Shown here in pieces: positions 19,602 through 26,731 of a stretch of DNA of 38,542 bases. The stretch is from Legionellaceae bacterium. Lineage in GTDB: Bacteria; Pseudomonadota; Gammaproteobacteria; Legionellales; Legionellaceae. A program made the translations under genes and the position numbers. The notes under the pieces were generated by a model, which had not been told where the DNA came from, searched no databases, and saw only the letters and a program-made list of their open reading frames with translations. The stretch spans positions 1 to 38,542 of the forward strand of contig CANISA010000001.1 of the NCBI GenBank assembly GCA_947470005.1, in the 5' to 3' direction. Numbering within the stretch: position 1 is the first letter of the stretch; each line of letters opens with the position of its first letter.

Positions 19602-20304
19602 GAGCACGCTCCAACACCCGATACACATAAGCCTTTTGTTTAGGCGCTAATGTTGTTGCAGACAAAGACACTGCTTTAACATCGTTATTAGCAAACCAGG
19701 CCTCATTCAAGTCCAATGGCAATTTGCCGCCGTTATAGATTTCCATCACTTCACCGTTTAATTGCAGTCCTTGATAGGTTGTTTTCGGCGTCAACATCAG
19801 CCCTTGTTGCAAACGAATCACACGACCATAGTGATGTTTTTCATCAAAGCCCGTGGGTTTATCTTTGCTTATCATGCTCGTCATGAGGTGGGCGATGGCA
19901 TCACCCATCGGTAGCTTTGCTGACGGATTCAGTGTTGCTTTGACTACTGTAGGATGTACTGCAACAGTCGTTTGTGGCACAAATTCGATTGTTTTACCGA
20001 GGGATGCTTCTGCATTCACCGTCGCTGAAAAATGATGCCCTGATTCCGTGGTTAAAAATAGCGTAAACGGCTCATGACTGACTAACATCACATACAGGCT
20101 GCCATCTTCTTCATTTCGAATCGCCATGCGACCTTCAGGGAAATGCGCTTGGGTAATTTTATCGCCTTTAACCACCAACCGATTATAATTGGAGTCACTC
20201 AATGCGACTGGAATGTCCGTATTATCACGAAACGATTGTGTCGTGAGCGCTTGTGCTGAGGCGGCTGTTAGCAACAAACATATTGCATGAATTAATTTAG
20301 GCAT
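19594..20304 (-). CDS. traK: VirB9/secretin-like TraK
   Basis: Signal peptide, 236 aa, NRLVVKGDKI...PFTLFLTTESG pattern like F TraK, and correct synteny. Confidence 0.82.
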   Translation of the reverse strand: MPKLIHAICLLLTAASAQALTTQSFRDNTDIPVALSDSNYNRLVVKGDKITQAHFPEGRMAIRNEEDGSLYVMLVSHEPFTLFLTTESGHHFSATVNAEASLGKTIEFVPQTTVAVHPTVVKATLNPSAKLPMGDAIAHLMTSMISKDKPTGFDEKHHYGRVIRLQQGLMLTPKTTYQGLQLNGEVMEIYNGGKLPLDLNEAWFANNDVKAVSLSATTLAPKQKAYVYRVLERAHG

Positions 20305-20866
20305 GAGTCTCTTCCTTTACATGAGTAAACTGGGTCACCGTCAATCGACCAAAACGATAACGATATTGCAACGTGTACGTCAGCCGCTCGTCGCGTAAAT
20401 CACGCAGCCCCACCGAGCGCTTTAATACACCGGTTATCATGCTTTGCTGTTTTCCGTTGTCTGCACGAATATCTGAAATCTCAAAATGGCTGGATATCTT
20501 TTTATCCATGATGACTTTGGCTTCCTTTTCGAGTTGAGCTGAAAATGCTGCAAAATGAGCACTATCCACAAAAGCCAACAAGCGCTTATGGTTAGCACGT
20601 ACCGTTTCGGGGGTAACGTTCAACCGTGAGTAGATAAAGTTCTCACTCATCAGCGATAAATAATGCGTATCCACCATCGCATCACTTTTCATATAACTTG
20701 ACCCACCAAAAAATGGCGTGATTTCTACCCGTTGGTGAACACTTGTGTAAAGTGCCAAACCACCCATCAAGACGTTTGTGATGAGAAGCCCAAACACGAG
20801 TGCGACCATTAAATTAAAGCGTGCGGCCAATTGGCTGAATCGATGTTGCTGTGCATTAAAATTCAT
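20297..20866 (-). CDS. traE: F-type pilus assembly protein TraE
   Basis: 189 aa (F TraE is 188 aa) with an N-terminal TM anchor. It lies between traL and traK. Confidence 0.85.
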   Translation of the reverse strand: MNFNAQQHRFSQLAARFNLMVALVFGLLITNVLMGGLALYTSVHQRVEITPFFGGSSYMKSDAMVDTHYLSLMSENFIYSRLNVTPETVRANHKRLLAFVDSAHFAAFSAQLEKEAKVIMDKKISSHFEISDIRADNGKQQSMITGVLKRSVGLRDLRDERLTYTLQYRYRFGRLTVTQFTHVKEETHA

Positions 20867-20875
20867 GTGGTTCTC

Positions 20876-21175
20876 CTACGCCCGCCAGACTCGACGACAT
20901 GAAGCCGGTAAGTGCGATACAATCAATTGCGTGATGCATCGCGGCATATGCCAATAAAGCAACACCAATAAATACCGTGGTCCGTGACCTTGCTTTAACA
21001 CTTTTAAGATCCCGTACAATCCAAAACATAAACACCCCACCAAAATCTTGTGATTTGATGCCACGAGCAACATTAGTCCCAATAAGGCCACCAACAACTC
21101 ATCGAGGGTTAAACTCATGTAGCGTTTCGGCGCATCCAAATGGCTTATCACTCGATACAAGGTGGGGTTATGCAC
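20876..21175 (-). CDS. traL: F-type pilus assembly protein TraL
   Basis: HLDAPKRYMSLTLDELLVALLG motif followed by TM helices. GTG start with GGAGG 7 nt upstream. Confidence 0.8.
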   Translation of the reverse strand: MHNPTLYRVISHLDAPKRYMSLTLDELLVALLGLMLLVASNHKILVGCLCFGLYGILKVLKQGHGPRYLLVLLYWHMPRCITQLIVSHLPASCRRVWRA

Positions 21176-21178
21176 GAC

Positions 21179-21472
21179 TCATCCTCCAAATACGAAGGTG
21201 TTAATCAGGAAAGCAGGCAATAGTGCTATCGCAAAAACGCCCACAAACACCATCGGGTTTTTGGTCTTTACCGCCATTGCGGCTGATAAAATAATGTCGA
21301 CTAAAATAAAGACCTTCCAAAACGTGCCTTGTCCACCCAGCATGTCTTGCACGTCACCCGCCATGGCCCCAGCCAATTTATCGGTGGCATAGACTTGACT
21401 GGCCAAGAGTGCACAAGACAATCCAATGCCTATTTTCTTGATACCACTCACTAAGTTTTTATTAATTTTCAC
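21179..21472 (-). CDS. traA: F-type propilin TraA
   Basis: A leader ending VYA/TD is followed by two hydrophobic helices. FWKVFILVDIILSAAMAVKTKNPMVFVGVFAI parallels F pilin VKWVVLAEVLVGAVMYMMTKNVKFLAGFAII. GTG start with AGGAGA upstream. Confidence 0.8.
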   Translation of the reverse strand: MKINKNLVSGIKKIGIGLSCALLASQVYATDKLAGAMAGDVQDMLGGQGTFWKVFILVDIILSAAMAVKTKNPMVFVGVFAIALLPAFLINTFVFGG

Positions 21473-21486
21473 GCGTCTTCTCCTTA

Positions 21487-21981
21487 TTATGGTTTTATGT
21501 TTAACATGGCTTTTATTTTATTAAGATGCATATGTGCCACTGCCGGATCGGCTTTTTGTGATTCTTCTTTTGATTGAAAAAACACATCTGGTTTATGGTA
21601 TGCCTTGCAACATTCAATAAAGTACGGCAACGTCGGAGGAAAAGGGCATTTCTGCAAGCAAAGTTGCAATGCATGTTCAAGACTCTTGTCTTCAAATCCC
21701 ATCAATCCCTCCAACCAAGCTTTTTTGCTATAATCTAAAAATTCGTCCGTTTTATAGATGCTACGCCAAACGTGGCCATACATCGCTGAAAAACGCAGAA
21801 ACAGCCTGTCAATACGCTTTTGATGTCTTGCGACGCTCACTGAATTGGATGACGTTTCTGGAAGATTGGATGCTGTCATCGGCAATGGTCTCGCAGTCTG
21901 GGATATAGTCGACTCCGCCTTTACAGCTCTCCCAGAAAAAATCGACGGGTTGTTTTGTAGCACGTGTTTTATGGGTTGCAT
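21487..21981 (-). CDS. Lambda P-like (replication/helicase-loader N-terminal domain-like) protein
   Basis: KKAWLEGLMGFEDKSLEHALQLCLQKCPFPPTLPYFIECCKA resembles lambda P QWVLAFRENGITTMEQVNAGMRVARRQNRPFLPSPGQFVAWCRE. The ATG at 21981 has AGGAG 7 nt upstream. Alternative starts are 22029 and 21879. It overlaps the upstream ORF. Confidence 0.45.
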   Translation of the reverse strand: MQPIKHVLQNNPSIFSGRAVKAESTISQTARPLPMTASNLPETSSNSVSVARHQKRIDRLFLRFSAMYGHVWRSIYKTDEFLDYSKKAWLEGLMGFEDKSLEHALQLCLQKCPFPPTLPYFIECCKAYHKPDVFFQSKEESQKADPAVAHMHLNKIKAMLNIKP

Positions 21982-22732
21982 TTGTTTTCTCCTGTAATTT
22001 GCTTGTGTTGATATCATCTTCCCAGCCACGTTGAGCTAGCCAATTCGCAGGGTATCGCCAATGTGGTACCCAAAGCCCTGCGGATTGTTGTTGCTGGTGA
22101 TGGTTGAGTTGCGTGTCCAATGCCATCATGATTTTGGAAAATAAAACCTCATCAGGATTTAGTTTTTGAAACTCATTCCATGTGTGGGTTTTGTTTTGTG
22201 GTTGAGGGTAGCTTTCCCAAAAATTTTCGAAAAATTTGCTTAAACAAATATACTTATTTTCTGAGTTATGAGGTGTGTCGGCCTGAGCTGTTTTTCTTAT
22301 GCCGGCCTGTTTGTTGGTATTTTTGTAAGTAGTTGATTTTACATCTGTATAACATACATTTTGCGTGTCGACTTCAGATGTCGGCCTTGTGCCTGCCTTG
22401 TTTTGGACGGAGTTATTCGTTTCAGCTAATAAGCATTTTAAAATCAAATTCTTTTCAGTTGATTGAATCGCGACAAGGCCAGCTCGCTCAAGCGATTTTA
22501 CAGCACGCCTCGCTTGTTGATGACTGGGATATTCGGCTTTTACACCAGGAATAGGTGCTACATACAAGACCTCACGTAATGACTGATAACTGATCTTACG
22601 TTTGATACCAACGAGACAAGTTTGCAGATCCATGTAAGGACGGATCCCCATGATATAAGTGACTCGTTGGATCAAAGGTAGCTCCATCAGTGCTGTTAAC
22701 TCTTGAGAGTTGATAAACAAAAAATCCATCAT
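21809..22732 (-). CDS. Winged-helix replication-initiator-like (phage O/DnaD-like) protein
   Basis: The N-terminal about 100 aa (LTALMELPLIQRVTYIMGIRPYMD...ISYQSLREVL...ARRAVKSLERAGLV) look like the wHTH of phage/ICE replication initiators. The C-terminal FENFWESYPQPQNK...ANWLAQRGWEDD motif is common in phage replication-associated proteins. Confidence 0.45.
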   Translation of the reverse strand: MMDFLFINSQELTALMELPLIQRVTYIMGIRPYMDLQTCLVGIKRKISYQSLREVLYVAPIPGVKAEYPSHQQARRAVKSLERAGLVAIQSTEKNLILKCLLAETNNSVQNKAGTRPTSEVDTQNVCYTDVKSTTYKNTNKQAGIRKTAQADTPHNSENKYICLSKFFENFWESYPQPQNKTHTWNEFQKLNPDEVLFSKIMMALDTQLNHHQQQQSAGLWVPHWRYPANWLAQRGWEDDINTSKLQEKTNATHKTRATKQPVDFFWESCKGGVDYIPDCETIADDSIQSSRNVIQFSERRKTSKAY

Positions 22733-22826
22733 CTTATTATTAATCCCGCTCGTTTTTATTTTCTATTTATGGTAAATTAATCATGGAATACAATGTTAAC
22801 TTACTCTTTACGTGTAAATAAATCAC

Positions 22827-22854
22827 ATAATAGCACTAAAAGAGTAAATTGCAA
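22827..22854 (-). promoter_or_regulatory. Predicted sigma70-type promoter driving the O/P-like + tra operon
   Basis: On the minus strand: TTGCAA (22854-22849), a 16-nt spacer, then TATTAT (22832-22827). The 9-bp inverted repeat TTACTCTTT (22801-22809) / AAAGAGTAA (22839-22847) brackets the -10 element. Confidence 0.4.
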
Positions 22855-22885
22855 GTGTGTAAACGACAAATATTGGAAATTTCTA

Positions 22886-23563
22886 ATGAATCTTAAAGAA
22901 GAAATTGGTCGGCGTATTTTAGCGGCACGTAAAGGTAAAGGATTAACGAGAAAAGCGCTCGCTGACCTTACTGATGATCTGAAACAATCAAGGATTAACA
23001 ATTGGGAGCGAGGTGAACGAACCCCCGGGCCTGAAGAAATAAAACAGCTTGCAAAAGTACTGGATGTTTCTGCGGCGTATCTAATGTGCCTCACGAACCA
23101 ACAACAAACAGACCCACTTAAGAGTATTCCAGGGCTTGGCGCTTTAATTCCATTACTCGACGCTAAACAAGCTTCTGATCCCATTGCAACTACAACTGCA
23201 ATCAAAAATATGCTCGATCACAAAGATGTAATGTTTATTCCTCTTGGTACTGCAGTGAGCGGGCAATTGGGTAAATATGCATTTGCGTTAAAGATGCAAG
23301 ATGACAGTATGGTTCCTGAGCTTAAATTGAATGATGTATTAATCATTGATCCAGACAAAAGACCACATCCAGGGCAGTTTGCCGTTGCTCGAATCGGAGA
23401 AAACAGCGACGTTATTGTTCGCCGCTATAAGCAACTTTCAGCCTCAACAGACAACCAACAGTTTGAGTTATTGGCTGAAAATAAACACTGGGCTGACGTT
23501 AAAGATAGTACTCAATGTCAATTAGTTGGTACTGTGTGTGGGTTAATTAGGGCATTGGAATAG
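22886..23563 (+). CDS. HTH(XRE)-S24 peptidase-fold repressor (CI/LexA/SetR-like), copy 1
   Basis: HTH EEIGRRILAARKGKGLTRKALADL...INNWERGERTP and C-terminal S24 fold MQDDSMVPELKLNDVLIIDPD...GQFAVARIG. The likely start is the MNLKEE ATG at 22886; the track starts at 22793. It is divergent from the tra operon. Confidence 0.82.
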   Translation: MNLKEEIGRRILAARKGKGLTRKALADLTDDLKQSRINNWERGERTPGPEEIKQLAKVLDVSAAYLMCLTNQQQTDPLKSIPGLGALIPLLDAKQASDPIATTTAIKNMLDHKDVMFIPLGTAVSGQLGKYAFALKMQDDSMVPELKLNDVLIIDPDKRPHPGQFAVARIGENSDVIVRRYKQLSASTDNQQFELLAENKHWADVKDSTQCQLVGTVCGLIRALE

Positions 23564-23575
23564 CATATTACAACT

Positions 23576-23604
23576 TTGTAACCGATATGTGAGTTTTTTA
23601 AAAT
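23576..23604 (+). promoter_or_regulatory. Predicted promoter of the serine-hydrolase gene
   Basis: TTGTAA (23576-23581), a 17-nt spacer, then TAAAAT (23599-23604), about 20 nt upstream of the GTG start at 23626. Confidence 0.3.
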
Positions 23605-23625
23605 AGTGTCAAAAAGTGAGCTTAC

Positions 23626-24729
23626 GTGAAAAACAAATTATTTTTGACTCTCATCTTACTAGCACCAGCTGTTTTTGGAGCAAAAGCTGAAAGTCTACAA
23701 AATGAATTGAATATTTGGAGAACCGAAAATCATATCACCAGTGTGATAGTGAGCGTGCAAGATAGCACGGGAAAAATAACAGATCTTGTTAGTGGAACAA
23801 CCGTGTTAAATGGAAAAACGCCTATAAGTGCGAAGAATTTGTTTGGGGTAGGTAGCATTACCAAAACGTTTGTGTCCGCAACTATTTTGCAACTACAAGA
23901 AGAGCATAAATTAAAATTAGATGATCGACTGAAAAACTACTTTCCAGAATACCCGCTTTGGAAAAATATTACGATTCGTCAGCTTCTCAATATGACCAGT
24001 GGAATTTATAATTATAATGATTCATTGGTGTATCAAAAGCTAAGAGATGCCGAGCCTAAAACGGTGGTTCCATCTAAAACACTTATTGATATTGCCTATC
24101 AAAGCACGCCTTATTTTGCTCCGACTAAAGGCTGGCATTATTCAAATACTAATTATCTTTTGTTAGGTCTAATAATAGAAAAGGTGACCCATCAACCGTT
24201 ATCCGAAGTGCTTAAGCAACGAATTTTCAACCCCTTAAAACTCAACAACACCTTTTATAGTGCTGGTTTTTATCCTGCTAATGTTACTAAGCGTATGGCG
24301 CATGGATATTACAAAGGTAAAGATATGAGTCATTTTAATGCAAGTATAGTTGGGGTAGGTTCGGCTGGGGCAATGGTAATGAATAGTCATGATCTTCTTA
24401 CTTGGGCTCACGCATTATTTACTCCAGGCATTATTTTAAGTAAAAAGAGCATACATGATCTTCAGAAAACTGCCCCTGACAAATACTCCAAAGCGCCGTT
24501 TCCTATTGGTAGTCATTTTGGACTTGGCGTCATTTCGCTTGACGTACCCGAATTGGGAATCATTTGGTTCTATACAGGCGTGATAAATGGATATACAAGC
24601 GTTTTTATTTGGTTGCCTTCTCAGCATAAAAGCATAGCGGTACAAGTGGCTACTTGGCCCGCACCTCATTTTAAAGTGGTATTTCCTAACCAGGATATTA
24701 TGAAAAAAATATTACGATTTGCCGCTTAA
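23626..24729 (+). CDS. Secreted serine hydrolase of the class-C beta-lactamase / DD-peptidase fold
   Basis: Signal peptide MKNKLFLTLILLAPAVFGA. SxxK motif GVGSITKTF, YxN motif HYSNTNY and a later GVGSAGAMVMNSHDL segment typical of the beta-lactamase-related family. Confidence 0.85.
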   Translation: MKNKLFLTLILLAPAVFGAKAESLQNELNIWRTENHITSVIVSVQDSTGKITDLVSGTTVLNGKTPISAKNLFGVGSITKTFVSATILQLQEEHKLKLDDRLKNYFPEYPLWKNITIRQLLNMTSGIYNYNDSLVYQKLRDAEPKTVVPSKTLIDIAYQSTPYFAPTKGWHYSNTNYLLLGLIIEKVTHQPLSEVLKQRIFNPLKLNNTFYSAGFYPANVTKRMAHGYYKGKDMSHFNASIVGVGSAGAMVMNSHDLLTWAHALFTPGIILSKKSIHDLQKTAPDKYSKAPFPIGSHFGLGVISLDVPELGIIWFYTGVINGYTSVFIWLPSQHKSIAVQVATWPAPHFKVVFPNQDIMKKILRFAA

Positions 24730-24759
24730 TTTAGCTATTTAATCACAAAAGGTTAATTA

Positions 24760-26214
24760 TTATTTTAGCTTTGTTTTTAGATGTGAAGCAGACTCTTCTT
24801 CATCGCCACCGAGGTCATCCATTGGAGTATGGGTATCAATAATCGTCTTATCTTTTTCATGGTCAACACTATCTTTGTAATACTGCACCATGCGTTTTTG
24901 GTTGATCCAGACTAATCCATCAATTAACTTATCTTGCCATTCAGCAAAACAATGGTCACCGTGATAAATATCGAAATGGCAAGATAAGTTTCTGTCTTTT
25001 AAAAAAGCGGCGAAATGTTCACTTGCATCTACCTGAGTAACACCGACATCAGTTATTTGTTTTCCTGACGGAGCTTGAGAATAGACTCCCGTTTCCAGCT
25101 GTCCCACATTTAAATAAAAGCATTGTTGTTGAGCGAATTCATTATGAGGATAATGTTTATCTTCGAGTTTATGCTGTAGCCCTTCTGTAGCTTCAAATCC
25201 ATGCGATGTCATACTACCCATCCAGTAAGAACCAGATTGACTGATAATATTACCAAAAACTTCAGGATGTCTGGTTGCGATATGCGTAGCTCCATTCCCA
25301 CCCATACTAAAACCAGCGATTGTAACATCCGATGGATCTGTGGATGCTCTAGGATAGTCCCGGCGTATTTTCGAAACGAATTCATCTGCTACAAAATCAG
25401 CAAACAATTCGGCCTCTCTACTACAACCATATTCGATATCCCGATCTTCCGAATTAAGATAGACCGTTATTGTCGGTTTGATTTTACGCTCTTTCATGGC
25501 CTGCTCCATAATGGCAGGTGCTTTCATACGTTTAATTGTTTCATATCCGTCAAGATGAATGAGTAATTTGTATGGCCCCGTATAACTAGGATCAGTTGGA
25601 GGTATATGGATCCAGTAACTTCTTGATTTATCTTGATAAGAGGGGACATGACTCGACAAAGCAGATTCATTAAAATTGAATTCTGCTGAGATCAATCGTT
25701 GCGATCTGTCTAGAGACTCCATAATACCAGGCAATGAAGTTTGCTCAACATGTTGACGTGGCCTTGCTCTGGGCATTTCAGCAATATATTGGGCATCATC
25801 ATCACCCCATCCATCTATTTTGTAGGAAGAAAAAGGAGGTGAGACCAGATTACCTATATATTCACCTGTATCTAATTTTTTACCATTTTCCAAATATTGA
25901 AAAGATATCCTTGCATCACTGGGGGTATGTTTTATTGGCATGATCCAAATGTCATTTTCTATTTGGCTAAATTGACCGAAGCTCTGCATAGAGGGATCAT
26001 ACACTGAACTAATTAGTTCCACTTTTTTGGTATCGGAATTTCCACGATAAATAAAAATTAAATCGCAAGACCCATCTGGTTGTATTGAGACGAATGGATT
26101 GTCGACCTTAGACCAAATTTCATTCTGTTCATTAATATCAGCGGCATTACTTAAGGCGTCAACTAACGTTTCTAGGGTCGTAATTTCAGGATATTGAGGC
26201 AACTTTACCTCCAT
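24760..26214 (-). CDS. Enterochelin-esterase (Fes)-like alpha/beta hydrolase
   Basis: An N-terminal beta-rich domain (DLIFIYRGNSDTKKVELIS...DIWIMPIK...ISFQY) is followed by an esterase domain with the nucleophile elbow IAGFSMGG and a distal HGDH. The start is either ATG 26214 or TTG 26202 preceded by GGAGG. Confidence 0.68.
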   Translation of the reverse strand: MEVKLPQYPEITTLETLVDALSNAADINEQNEIWSKVDNPFVSIQPDGSCDLIFIYRGNSDTKKVELISSVYDPSMQSFGQFSQIENDIWIMPIKHTPSDARISFQYLENGKKLDTGEYIGNLVSPPFSSYKIDGWGDDDAQYIAEMPRARPRQHVEQTSLPGIMESLDRSQRLISAEFNFNESALSSHVPSYQDKSRSYWIHIPPTDPSYTGPYKLLIHLDGYETIKRMKAPAIMEQAMKERKIKPTITVYLNSEDRDIEYGCSREAELFADFVADEFVSKIRRDYPRASTDPSDVTIAGFSMGGNGATHIATRHPEVFGNIISQSGSYWMGSMTSHGFEATEGLQHKLEDKHYPHNEFAQQQCFYLNVGQLETGVYSQAPSGKQITDVGVTQVDASEHFAAFLKDRNLSCHFDIYHGDHCFAEWQDKLIDGLVWINQKRMVQYYKDSVDHEKDKTIIDTHTPMDDLGGDEEESASHLKTKLK

Positions 26215-26230
26215 TATTCGGCTGTATTCA

Positions 26231-26731
26231 CTAAGAAAATTGCAGTTTAGGTTTTAAGTATATATATAATTCATGAAATAATTCACAACATTCTTCATAA
26301 ATACCCGGACAACTTGATTCGCGAGGTCCCCCGATATTGAGAGTATGAATGTTATTTTCTGTGCACCAATTCAATATAGTTTCTGCAGTACCTTCTTTCT
26401 CAGCCAAACTAATAATAAGATGAGGCCTTTCTAGCCTCAGAGCTTCATCTATTGTTAACTGTGTCCCGTCTTTTATTGCTTCTGGTAGTGGTAAAGATGG
26501 CACAATAATCAAAGTGCCATCTGAATCGCGAACATTTAATTTGGTTCTTTCGGAAGGGACAGATGTAGTTGCTTCTATCAACGAGGCATGCATCTCTAAG
26601 ATATTCCGTCCATTTTCATCCAATCCCCCCCTGGGGCACCAACCACCAATAGAAATACCACATTCAACTGCCATATCCAGGGCGGCTTGATCAACACCTG
26701 TTTGACCACCTGAAACAATTTTTTCAATCAT
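26231..26731 (-). CDS. SLOG-superfamily 'putative molybdenum-carrier'/YpsA-like protein
   Basis: MIEKIVSGGQTGVDQAALDMAVECGISIGGWCPRGG...RTKLNVRDSDGTLII...LNIGGPRES matches the hallmark GGQTG.D.AAL...GGWCP.G...N..DSDGTL...AGPR layout. The ATG at 26731 overlaps the upstream stop by 8 nt. Confidence 0.8.
   Translation of the reverse strand: MIEKIVSGGQTGVDQAALDMAVECGISIGGWCPRGGLDENGRNILEMHASLIEATTSVPSERTKLNVRDSDGTLIIVPSLPLPEAIKDGTQLTIDEALRLERPHLIISLAEKEGTAETILNWCTENNIHTLNIGGPRESSCPGIYEECCELFHELYIYLKPKLQFS

Noticed and set aside
1813-20035. Numerous 60-140-aa plus-strand ORFs inside the tra genes (for example 1813-2055, 2837-3142, 3629-3826, 4774-5022, 9503-9892, 12111-12302, 13427-13648, 15513-15827, 17267-17686, 18971-19153, 19853-20035)
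   Set aside because: All are antisense to long, well-supported tra/trb coding regions. They have no recognisable motifs or ribosome-binding sites and show the odd composition (Ser/Leu/Arg/Cys-rich) typical of shadow ORFs.
7230-21695. Same-strand alternative-frame ORFs nested in larger genes (7230-7430, 11460-11669, 12787-12972, 15269-15541, 18731-18919, 21513-21695)
   Set aside because: They are fully contained within higher-confidence genes in another frame, with no independent support.
22801-23205. 134-aa minus-strand ORF opposite repressor copy 1, and the N-terminal extension of the repressor ORF back to 22793
   Set aside because: The antisense ORF overlaps a gene with clear HTH and S24 motifs. 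The extension would place coding sequence over the predicted promoter/operator, and the HTH domain begins right after the internal ATG at 22886.
24730-24759. Possible bidirectional terminator between the convergent serine-hydrolase and esterase genes
   Set aside because: Only a 5-bp AGCTA/TAGCT pairing with a long loop is present. There is no convincing stem or U-tract.
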